From NCBI GenBank assembly GCA_030699685.1, contig JAUYLJ010000054.1:309-64308 (forward strand): a stretch of DNA of 64,000 nucleotides. The letters run 5' to 3'. Shown here in pieces: positions 9,036 to 17,002 of the stretch. Numbering within the stretch: position 1 is the first letter of the stretch; each line of letters opens with the position of its first letter. The stretch comes from a bacterium. GTDB lineage: Bacteria; Patescibacteriota; Patescibacteriia; JAHIZJ01. The notes under the pieces were generated by a model. That model was not told the origin of the DNA. It did not search any database and saw nothing but the letters and a program-made list of their open reading frames with translations. A program made the translations under genes and the position numbers.

Positions 9036-9917
9036 ATGATGCTGTCAAAACACCCAGTCAACGGCCCAGACCGGCCAACCCGCCGTGTCAACAGCCGGAT
9101 AATGATCCGGGGGATGCTTGATCTGATCCGCTGGTTCAGTCTGTCGGGAATGGCGCTGCTTGCCTTGGTCAGCCTTCGTCTGGCTGGCCACTCTCCGTCC
9201 TCTGCCTGGTCAATCTACTTTGTCAGCGGCATCATCGTGGTAGCCGCCGCGGGATACGTCTGGAATGACTACCTTGATTACCGGATTGACGCAATCAACA
9301 AGCCTTCCCGTCCGCTGGTTCAGGGACTGATCAGCCTGCGTTTCGCCCGGACGATAGCCATTCTTTTGGGAGCGATTGGGTTGGTGCTGTATGTTCAACT
9401 CGGCATTTTTTTCTTCCTCTACAGTCTCTTTGTCGTGGTCGTACTGGCATTCTACAGCCGGGCGCTGAAAGACCGGCATGGAGTAATCGGTAATCTGGCC
9501 GTGGCGTTGCTGCTGGCCAGTATCCCGCTCACCGTCGGGGCCAAGCACGGCTGGACCCTGCCTTTGGCTGTTCTGGCCGGAGTTACGTTCTGTCTGGGCT
9601 TTGCCCACGAAGTGATGAAGGATGCGGAAGACGTGCCCGGTGACCGGAGGGGCGGAAGAAAAACTCTCGCCACCCACTACTCGCGCCTCGCCTTGGAAGG
9701 GGCGATCTCAACATCTCTGGCCTTCACGCTGGCGATTGGCCTCGTGCCGCTTGCTTTGGGATCGGCTCAATCGAAGCTCCTCGTTATTCCTGAAACAATG
9801 CTCGTAGCCAGCTTTGTCTTTTGGAAATTCGGAGGAATGAGGGATGCCGTATTTCGTCACCTGCTCAAGCTTAACGCTTTTGCCTACGTTATTGCCTATT
9901 TCATCGCCGGAGGGTGA
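9036..9917 (+). CDS. UbiA-family prenyltransferase (DGGGP synthase-like)
   Basis: NDYLDYRID (NDxxDxxxD) Mg-binding motif, 8-9 TM helices, second Asp-rich region HEVMKDAEDVPGD. Confidence 0.75.
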   Translation: MMLSKHPVNGPDRPTRRVNSRIMIRGMLDLIRWFSLSGMALLALVSLRLAGHSPSSAWSIYFVSGIIVVAAAGYVWNDYLDYRIDAINKPSRPLVQGLISLRFARTIAILLGAIGLVLYVQLGIFFFLYSLFVVVVLAFYSRALKDRHGVIGNLAVALLLASIPLTVGAKHGWTLPLAVLAGVTFCLGFAHEVMKDAEDVPGDRRGGRKTLATHYSRLALEGAISTSLAFTLAIGLVPLALGSAQSKLLVIPETMLVASFVFWKFGGMRDAVFRHLLKLNAFAYVIAYFIAGG

Positions 9918-10705
9918 CGATGGACAATGTGTGGAATTATCTTGAGCAACGAATCAGGGAATACGGTTGCGGTTTTCTGGCGATTGTTGACCCTGACAAG
10001 TATGTACTGTCGGATCTTTCCCGACTGTGCCGGGCGTTGAGAGCCGCAAACGTTGATGGGGTGCTGGTCGGAGGCACGATTCTAAAAAAAGGTCACGAGC
10101 ACTACGGTAAGATTGTGCTCGCATTGCGCCAGGGGTTGCCGGACGCGCCTGTCATTATCTTCCCTGGCGGTTCGGGCATGTACCGGTCATTGGTGCCGGG
10201 CGCGGACGCTATCTTCTTTCGTCAGCTGATCAGCGGGACGAACCGGAAGTATCTCTACACAGAACAATGCCTGGCTGGTATAAGGGCGAAACGGATGGGA
10301 ATCGAAGCAATCGCGGTGGGATACGTGTTTGTGCGTTCGCGGGCCATTCAAAGAGCGGCGGACATTACCAATACAACCCCGGTGCGTGAAGCAGACACGG
10401 AACGTGCCGTTGGGCTAGCAATACTCTCGGAGTCGACAGGAAAGCGCCTCATTTGGTTCGAGCGGGGAAGCAACGCCGAAGCACCTGTTCCCGAGCCGTT
10501 TATCAAAACCGTCTCGGCCCATCCCTTGGTGGAACTACCCATCATGGTTAGCGGCGGACTTCGCACTGCGGAAAATGTTCGAGCAGTGGTGCGCGCCGGT
10601 GCCAGGCTGACGGGAGTGGGAACGGTGATTGAACAAAGCAAGGATATTGAAGCTACGCTTAGTCCCTTGGTAAGTGCCGCTCATTGGCGCGCGTCGTCGG
10701 CTTGA
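9914..10705 (+). CDS. geranylgeranylglyceryl-/heptaprenylglyceryl-phosphate synthase family (GGGPS/PcrB)
   Basis: FLAIVDPDK, VLVGGT, IFPGG and MVSGGLRTAENV motifs match the PcrB/GGGPS TIM-barrel family; start overlaps the UbiA stop (ATGA). Confidence 0.7.
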   Translation: MTMDNVWNYLEQRIREYGCGFLAIVDPDKYVLSDLSRLCRALRAANVDGVLVGGTILKKGHEHYGKIVLALRQGLPDAPVIIFPGGSGMYRSLVPGADAIFFRQLISGTNRKYLYTEQCLAGIRAKRMGIEAIAVGYVFVRSRAIQRAADITNTTPVREADTERAVGLAILSESTGKRLIWFERGSNAEAPVPEPFIKTVSAHPLVELPIMVSGGLRTAENVRAVVRAGARLTGVGTVIEQSKDIEATLSPLVSAAHWRASSA

Positions 10706-11064
10706 TGCCTGATGATAGCGCGTTTTTATTTTTAGTATAAACACAACTTCTAGTCTTCGCGATTTCAGCGAAGCTTCGTTATTGACCCAGTCCATCAGTA
10801 TGCTACGCTTATCGTAAGCCATTCCAGCCAGTATGCCTTCGTTCCTAAAACGTTCCTGGTTCTTTCGGAGCTTTCGGCATCGTGATGCCGGGACGCGAAA
10901 GACAGCGCGGCCGTCAAGCAAACCGGCAGGCTGGGATGTCCTCCATATCTCATTCCGCAGGGTTTGCGAACGAGAGTAGGCCTGCTTACCATCCCAGGAA
11001 CTAAGGCTGCTGGCTCAGGGATGGCGAAGGATAGGGAGTTAGTTGGTGAATTAGTAATTGGGTA

Positions 11065-11337
11065 ATGATGGTGAACTGGAAGAAAAAAGTATATGTGGCG
11101 TTTTCTATCCTCTTGGGCATACTGCTTAGTCTATTGGCGCACGCTGGTATCGAAGCACTCTACTTGGGCTGGGCCGATGCAAACAATCAAGTAGTGACAT
11201 GGTACGGGGGCTGCTCTCTTCATCCCTTCATTCAGGCCGCAATCTTTGTTCTTGGAGCGGTGGGGGGATTCTTCCTGGGACTGTGGTGGTGGCGGATAGT
11301 CTACATTGAGAAGCGGCATTGGCATAAAAACAAATAA
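11065..11337 (+). CDS. hypothetical small membrane protein
   Basis: 90 aa, two hydrophobic helices. Confidence 0.3.
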   Translation: MMVNWKKKVYVAFSILLGILLSLLAHAGIEALYLGWADANNQVVTWYGGCSLHPFIQAAIFVLGAVGGFFLGLWWWRIVYIEKRHWHKNK

Positions 11338-11373
11338 CAAATTAGAAATAAGAAATAACAAACAACAGGCACT

Positions 11374-12558
11374 GTGGAGCTGAATTCTGACCAGCAGCAA
11401 GCTTTTAATAACGTGGTAGAGTGGATCGCCAAACCCTCAAGTCCTTTTTTGACTTTGGGGGGCTACGCCGGGACGGGAAAAACCACGCTACTCGCCTATA
11501 TTCGGAAACATCTCAAAAACGAGAAGAAGCTGAAAAAGCTCAGCGTCTCTTTTGTTTGTTACACTGGCAAAGCCGCGAACGTCTTAAAGCAGAAACTGGA
11601 CTCGCAAAACGCGCTGGGCCAGGATGACTCTGTTTCAACCATTCATCATTTGATTTACAAACCCGTCGAGGATGAGCAGGGAAATATCGTTGACTGGGTG
11701 CGGAGAGGCATGGAAGACGTCGCCGCCGACCTGATAGTCGTTGATGAAGGTTCAATGATTAATGAAACAATCTGGGGCGACCTGCTTTTCTTTGAAAAAC
11801 CGATTCTTGTGGTAGGCGATCATGGCCAGCTGCCGCCGGTTGAGGGCAGGTTTAACCTCATGGCCAACCCCGAAATCCGGCTGGAAACGATCGTGCGGCA
11901 ACAGGCCGAGAATCCCATCATCCGACTTTCCCAAATGGTCCGGCGAGGCTTACACATCCCCGTAGGGAAGTTTGAAAAGACCGTAGTGAAGCTGCCAAGA
12001 CTATCCCCAGAGGATGAACAAAAGATTTTCGCGAAGTACGATGAAAATTATCTTATTCTTTGCGGAAGAAACGCGACCAGAGTTCGTTTGAACATGGATG
12101 TCAGGCGGGCGCTTGGACACACGGGAGCAGAACCAGAGAAAGGGGAAAGAGTAATCTGCCTGAAAAATGATCGCGAAATCAACGTCTATAATGGTATGCT
12201 CGGCTGGATCCGCGAGCTGAGGCCGTATCGCAAACACTGGTATCGCGGCACGATCAAGCTCGACGGAGAGGAGATGTTTTACCGTGGAAAGTTTCTCAAG
12301 AATCAATTCGGCCTCGAAAAGACCATCCACAGCGATCGCGATCTTGGTATACTTGGCATCAGGACGTCAATGAAAAAAATGGGAAATCTTTTTGACTGGG
12401 GCTACGCGCTAACAGTGCATAAGGCTCAGGGCAGCGAGGCGCCGAACGTGATTGTGTACGAAGAGCGTTTGCCGGTCTACAACGATGAAATATGGCGCCG
12501 CTGGCTCTACACCGCGATTACTCGATCATCGGAAAAACTGGTGATAATAGGAAGCTGA
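11374..12558 (+). CDS. RecD/PIF1/Dda-like SF1B DNA helicase
   Basis: Walker A GYAGTGKTT, Walker B LIVVDEGSM, C-terminal YALTVHKAQGSEAPNVIV motif; GTG start. Confidence 0.75.
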   Translation: MELNSDQQQAFNNVVEWIAKPSSPFLTLGGYAGTGKTTLLAYIRKHLKNEKKLKKLSVSFVCYTGKAANVLKQKLDSQNALGQDDSVSTIHHLIYKPVEDEQGNIVDWVRRGMEDVAADLIVVDEGSMINETIWGDLLFFEKPILVVGDHGQLPPVEGRFNLMANPEIRLETIVRQQAENPIIRLSQMVRRGLHIPVGKFEKTVVKLPRLSPEDEQKIFAKYDENYLILCGRNATRVRLNMDVRRALGHTGAEPEKGERVICLKNDREINVYNGMLGWIRELRPYRKHWYRGTIKLDGEEMFYRGKFLKNQFGLEKTIHSDRDLGILGIRTSMKKMGNLFDWGYALTVHKAQGSEAPNVIVYEERLPVYNDEIWRRWLYTAITRSSEKLVIIGS

Positions 12559-12573
12559 ATTAGATAACAAAAC

Positions 12574-12592
12574 GGGACTCGTAATAAGTCCC
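12574..12592 (-). repeat. hairpin GGGACT-cgtaata-AGTCCC (second copy of the CGGGA...TAAGTCCC motif), T-rich on the minus strand
   Basis: Similar stem/loop to 8941-8959 in the opposite orientation, followed on the minus strand by GTTTTGTTAT. Confidence 0.3.
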
Positions 12593-12871
12593 AGGCTGGA
12601 AGGGCAGCTAACTGGAGCCGGCGTGGTTGTTCGGGCTAACAGTTTGGCGGATAGCAGCATCGCGGTCAGGCCTAAAGTGAAATTCGAAACGCATGATACT
12701 AACAAACACTATTTTTCCACAGAAAATAGTACTAATTTTGGCACTATTAATTGTAATATTCATATTTGCAATTATTTCTCAGAATACAAAACTGTACATA
12801 ATTTGGCACTAATCGTTGATATGAAAGAATCCTGAACGAAAGCGAATTCCATAATTTTACACAGGGCGTGC

Positions 12872-12901
12872 TTGACTAAACACACTACAAGGTGTAGTGT
12901 G
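12872..12901 (+). promoter_or_regulatory. promoter (TTGACT-17-TAGTGT) with embedded 9-bp perfect palindrome CACACTACA-agg-TGTAGTGTG
   Basis: Inverted repeat at 12881-12901 overlaps the -10 region, 20 nt upstream of the first gene of the 12921-16998 operon. Confidence 0.5.
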
Positions 12902-12920
12902 ATAGCAGAAGGCCAAAAAA

Positions 12921-13343
12921 ATGAAAGAAAGAAATTTCAAAACGGGAATAGCAGTACTGGTTATAGCATTTCTTGCCTATTCTGTTGTTGGATACTTAGG
13001 CATGAGTCTTACTCACCACTCGCAAGATAATGGGATGTGCCCGCTGGCGCCATTTTTGAATCAATCATGCGGCGTCACCGATATCGCCTCTGCTACAGGA
13101 TTACATCACTTGCTTGGTGGCAAGGCTTTTTTTCAATCCTGGCTCAGTTTTACCACAATCCTGATTGCTGCCGTACTGATGGTGCTTTCTTTCGCGGTCA
13201 TTAGCTCGACTGGGAACAGGCAGGTGGGAAGTTCTTGGTTTTTTTATTTCCAGCATTTCAAGTCGCAATTCAGACGGAAAGCCAATAAAAACTTTCTTCG
13301 CTGGTTAGTTCGAATACAATACGAATCTGCAGCTCCGATATGA
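12921..13343 (+). CDS. hypothetical membrane protein with Cys motifs (MCP...SCG)
   Basis: 140 aa, N-terminal and central TM helices, His/Cys-containing loop THHSQDNGMCPLAPFLNQSCG. Confidence 0.4.
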   Translation: MKERNFKTGIAVLVIAFLAYSVVGYLGMSLTHHSQDNGMCPLAPFLNQSCGVTDIASATGLHHLLGGKAFFQSWLSFTTILIAAVLMVLSFAVISSTGNRQVGSSWFFYFQHFKSQFRRKANKNFLRWLVRIQYESAAPI

Positions 13344-13420
13344 TGGGGTAGTGATGATTCCTATTCCCTTTGCGGAATAGCGCAATGTGCTGCTGCCCCG
13401 TCCGCTAACTGTCGGGGTTT

Positions 13421-13948
13421 TTGTATTTAACAAATCACATCATTATGAAAAAATTGCTTAATAAATACTTCTGGACCAGCGTGGTAGTCACTGTTGTAGT
13501 CTTACTGCTCATTGTGGCGGGCAATAGCGGTCAGGCTGGCCAGCAATCTACCACCGCGGGAGTGCTCACGGTTGCCGAAGCAATGCATGATTTCGGGACT
13601 ATCTCGATGCAAAACGGTACAGTCAGTTATCAGTATGAATTGGTGAACACGGGAACAGAAGCCGTGGTGATACAAGAGGCATATACCTCCTGCATGTGCA
13701 CGACCGCCACGATCATTGACTCGAAAGGAGAGCGTCATGGTGTTTTTGGCATGACGGGGCACGGTCTTCAGCGCAAGGCATCAATCGAAGTTCCGCCGGG
13801 AAAGTCCGTCACCGTTGAAGCGGTGTTCGATCCTGCCGCCCACGGGCCCAGCGGTGTCGGGACTATTGAGCGCACTGTCACGGTGGAAACAAACTCTGAA
13901 TCAGCGTCCGAAGTCAATCTGGACTTCCGCGCAACGGTAACGCGATAA
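13421..13948 (+). CDS. DUF1573 domain protein (secreted/anchored beta-sandwich)
   Basis: N-terminal TM/signal; HDFGTISMQNGTVSYQYELVNTGTEAVVIQEAYTSCMCT matches the DUF1573 core. Confidence 0.55.
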   Translation: MYLTNHIIMKKLLNKYFWTSVVVTVVVLLLIVAGNSGQAGQQSTTAGVLTVAEAMHDFGTISMQNGTVSYQYELVNTGTEAVVIQEAYTSCMCTTATIIDSKGERHGVFGMTGHGLQRKASIEVPPGKSVTVEAVFDPAAHGPSGVGTIERTVTVETNSESASEVNLDFRATVTR

Positions 13949-13950
13949 CA

Positions 13951-14862
13951 ATGGATATATTACTTACCGCCTCCATTCTCGCGGCGTTTCTAGCCGGAGC
14001 GGTGGCGCTCTTTGCTCCCTGCTGCATTACCGTGTTGCTGCCCGCGTACATGGCTTCCGCCTTTCGGCAAAAGCAGAACATGCTTCGGATGACTTTCGTG
14101 TTTTTTGCGGGCATTTCGGTTATCCTGGTGCCGATCGGAATGGGAGCAGCCGGGCTCGCGGCGGTGTTTGAAAATTACCATCGCGAACTCTACATCATCG
14201 GCGGCAGTCTGATGATTGTCTTTGCCGTGATGTCGGTTCTCGGAAAAGGTGTTAGTTTGCTTCCGTCGGTGAAACAAGCTCCAAAAAACCTGAACAAAAT
14301 GGGAGTGAAATCTGTCTTTGTTCTGGGAATATTTTCCGGTGCGGCCACTTCCTGCTGCGCGCCGGTTCTGGCTGGGGCGATGACGCTGGCTGTTATTTCA
14401 GGAGTATTCTGGAAAGGGGTGATAGTAACCTTTGCCTACGTGTTCGGAATGACGCTTCCGCTCTTTTTGACGGCGTATTTCTACGACCGTTTCCGGATCG
14501 AAAAATCTAAGCTGATCAGGGGAAAAATCTTCGAGTGGCGTATTGGCGGAAAACAGCTCTATGTCCACTCCACTAATCTCTTCTCAGGCTTCATTTTCGC
14601 GCTGATGGGCATAGCGTTGCTGGCCGTTGCGCTTTCCGGCAATCCTTTCTGGGCACCTGAGTATCAAGTGGCCATTGGGGAAAACATCACGGAATGGTCG
14701 AAAGGACTATTCACGGCACTGAGCGTTATTCCCGATATCGTTTGGGGGGCTATCGTGATCGGGCTTTTTATCCTGTTTCTCGTGACGGCTCTCAGAAAAG
14801 GTCCGGCATCCTCAAAAGAAAAGACTGAGGATACGCCATCCTGCTGCCGTGATTCATCATGA
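13951..14862 (+). CDS. CcdA/DsbD(SoxV)-like polytopic membrane protein with two vicinal Cys-Cys motifs
   Basis: FAPCCITVLLP in TM1 and ATSCCAPVLAG in a later TM, resembling the paired Cys-in-TM architecture of DsbD/CcdA (DsbD_2-like). Confidence 0.45.
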   Translation: MDILLTASILAAFLAGAVALFAPCCITVLLPAYMASAFRQKQNMLRMTFVFFAGISVILVPIGMGAAGLAAVFENYHRELYIIGGSLMIVFAVMSVLGKGVSLLPSVKQAPKNLNKMGVKSVFVLGIFSGAATSCCAPVLAGAMTLAVISGVFWKGVIVTFAYVFGMTLPLFLTAYFYDRFRIEKSKLIRGKIFEWRIGGKQLYVHSTNLFSGFIFALMGIALLAVALSGNPFWAPEYQVAIGENITEWSKGLFTALSVIPDIVWGAIVIGLFILFLVTALRKGPASSKEKTEDTPSCCRDSS

Positions 14863-15551
14863 AATTAACCACTAAGAAAAAAACCATGAGTAAGTACAAC
14901 GCATTCAATATCGTCGTGGCGAGCGTGTTAACGCTTGTGTTCGCGTTCAATCAGTCGCAGATAAGCATCATCCACACGTTCATGCATCCAGCGGACGCCG
15001 AGGCCAGCCAAGATTCCGCCGTCGAAACTGAAAAAAAGCCTTTGGCGGTTTCCAGTGGACTGGTTGAAGAAGCGATTGCGGCGGCTGTTCCTACCGGCAC
15101 GCCGTCTGTCGAGGGTTCGCAAGGGGTAATTAATTACGGTGCCGAACTAAAGATCAGCTATGATCAGGCGGCTCAGACGATTCCCGTGTTGGCTCCGCAC
15201 GAGCAGGATACCCGGACAGAAAAACTGACTGGCGAACTTCTGGAAAGATACGTTGATGTGGGGAGTAAAACCAGCTGCGAGTACTGCTGCGGCGCCCGGA
15301 CTATGGTGTTCCCTGACGGAAAAAAAGCCTGTGGCTGCGCTCATTCGGCAGCAATGAGAGGCCTGGCCGCCTATTTGCTCGATAATTATGGAGACCAACT
15401 GAGTACTGAGCAGATACTTGAAGAAGTCAACAAAGTTAAAGCAACGTATTTTCCCCGTCAGTCGGCAGAAAAGGTAATAGCCGCTTCACAGGGAGGATCG
15501 ATTGACACATCAGTATTAAATTCGCTTTCGCCCCAGGTCGGGGGCTGTTAA
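14859..15551 (+). CDS. signal-anchored Cys-rich protein ending in -SPQVGGC-COOH
   Basis: N-terminal basic stretch plus TM; CEYCCGARTMVFPDGKKACGC cluster; last residues QVGGC then stop; start overlaps the upstream stop. Confidence 0.5.
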   Translation: MKLTTKKKTMSKYNAFNIVVASVLTLVFAFNQSQISIIHTFMHPADAEASQDSAVETEKKPLAVSSGLVEEAIAAAVPTGTPSVEGSQGVINYGAELKISYDQAAQTIPVLAPHEQDTRTEKLTGELLERYVDVGSKTSCEYCCGARTMVFPDGKKACGCAHSAAMRGLAAYLLDNYGDQLSTEQILEEVNKVKATYFPRQSAEKVIAASQGGSIDTSVLNSLSPQVGGC

Positions 15552-15592
15552 CAAGCAAAGGTTCGAATAATAATCACAATTAACGCACAACA

Positions 15593-15910
15593 ATGACTGA
15601 CCAAAAACATTTTTGCACGAAGGTTCATCTTGATGACATTCTCCATCAGGAACAGCTCGAAAAAAAAGAAGAGCAAAAACGGAAATTTCGCTGGGATACC
15701 AATAGTATTCTTTCCGGCGTTATGGCCGTCCTGCTGGTAGTGAGTTTGGTTCAGGCGGTTCAGCTGTCCCGAGTTAAAAACATAGTATCGGCGCAGGAAA
15801 CTAATGCAGTAACCAAGGTCGCGCCGTCAGCAAACGCGGGCCAACAGCCAACCGCGCCTTCTTCAGCCAGCGGAACTAAGGCTTTGCCGGCACAAGTAGG
15901 GGGATGTTAA
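15593..15910 (+). CDS. small signal-anchored protein ending in -PAQVGGC-COOH (paralogous C-terminus)
   Basis: 105 aa, single TM, Ala/Ser/Pro-rich tail ending QVGGC then stop, identical to the C-terminus of the preceding gene. Confidence 0.5.
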   Translation: MTDQKHFCTKVHLDDILHQEQLEKKEEQKRKFRWDTNSILSGVMAVLLVVSLVQAVQLSRVKNIVSAQETNAVTKVAPSANAGQQPTAPSSASGTKALPAQVGGC

Positions 15911-16497
15911 GGATGGGCAAAGAAAGAATACTCAGCTGGGTGCTTGTGGTGTTGGCCCTTGCTAGCCTTCTCTGGACCGTCATAAGCTTTATCAATAGCC
16001 CCTCGGACGCAAAAAGTTTTTCCGGCGAAGAGGAGGACTTTGCCCGGGCGCTTGCCGACGAACTGCCAGACAAGTGTCAGACGCCTGAAGGCTACACCGA
16101 TGAAGAATGGCTCGAGCACATGGGCCATCATCCAGATCGTTATCAAGAATGCCTCAATGTTGCGGAAGCTGACGCGGCGGATCCAGGGTACCAGACGATA
16201 TCGGCGGATGATCTTGCCGCCATGATGCCATACAAGGATTTCACCATGATTGACGTCCATGTACCGGAACAGAAGCATATCTCGGGAACGGATGCTGTCA
16301 TACCGTATGACGATATTGCCGGCTACATCGACGAGCTCCCCAGCAATAAAAACGCGAAGATACTGTTATATTGCCGTTCGGGCAGCATGAGCGCCCAGGC
16401 GGCGGAAACTCTCGCTCAGATGGGATACACGAATGTCGCGCACTTGGCCGGAGGAACGAACGCATGGACTAATGCCGGCTATGAACTTGAGGACTAA
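15904..16497 (+). CDS. membrane-anchored rhodanese-domain sulfurtransferase
   Basis: N-terminal TM anchor; C-terminal rhodanese fold with active-site loop LYCRSGSMS and AHLAGG. Confidence 0.75.
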   Translation: MLRMGKERILSWVLVVLALASLLWTVISFINSPSDAKSFSGEEEDFARALADELPDKCQTPEGYTDEEWLEHMGHHPDRYQECLNVAEADAADPGYQTISADDLAAMMPYKDFTMIDVHVPEQKHISGTDAVIPYDDIAGYIDELPSNKNAKILLYCRSGSMSAQAAETLAQMGYTNVAHLAGGTNAWTNAGYELED

Positions 16498-16500
16498 GAA

Positions 16501-16998
16501 GTGATGATTTTTTCCGAAACAAGTCGTCGGAATGTGCCCGCGCGGTCTGTAGCGTGGGGTTCGGTGGCCGCGACAGTATTGTTCGGGCTATTCGCCGGAA
16601 TAGTCAGACTGGCTGAAGGAAACTGGCAGGCGGTGAGGATTCAGCTGGAGGATAACGGCGCATTCATCGTGTTACTGGCACTGGGTTTCGGCGTCCAACT
16701 TGGCCTGTGGTACTATCTGAAAACGGTTCGGAAAAGCCAGTCTGGAAAATACAACAGACTGGCTTCCGGGGCGGGCGCTTCTTCCACCACTTCCATGCTC
16801 GCGTGCTGCAGCCATTATCTCGTTAACGTGTTTCCTTGGCTGGGACTGGCCAGTGTCAGCGCGCAATTTATGCAGTACCAGAGGGAAATTTTGCTGATAG
16901 GAATCAGTATTAATCTCCTCGGTATTGCCTATATGCTTCGACATGTCTCACACTATCACCAGTCTATAAAAGCTTGTCCGAAGATTGAGTCAGCGTGA
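16501..16998 (+). CDS. hypothetical membrane protein with intramembrane Cys-Cys motif (LACCSHY)
   Basis: 165 aa, 4 TM helices, vicinal CC in a helix; last gene of the plus-strand block. Confidence 0.4.
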   Translation: MMIFSETSRRNVPARSVAWGSVAATVLFGLFAGIVRLAEGNWQAVRIQLEDNGAFIVLLALGFGVQLGLWYYLKTVRKSQSGKYNRLASGAGASSTTSMLACCSHYLVNVFPWLGLASVSAQFMQYQREILLIGISINLLGIAYMLRHVSHYHQSIKACPKIESA

Positions 16999-17002
16999 TG
17001 GG

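Noticed and set aside
10535-10992. Minus-strand ORFs 10535..10921 and 10795..10992
   Set aside because: They overlap the 3-prime end of the GGGPS gene and have Arg/Ser-rich, non-protein-like composition. The region was treated as non-coding.
15540-15592. GGTTCGAATA fragment between the two QVGGC genes as a possible tRNA T-arm
   Set aside because: No acceptor or anticodon stems can be built around it; an isolated chance match.
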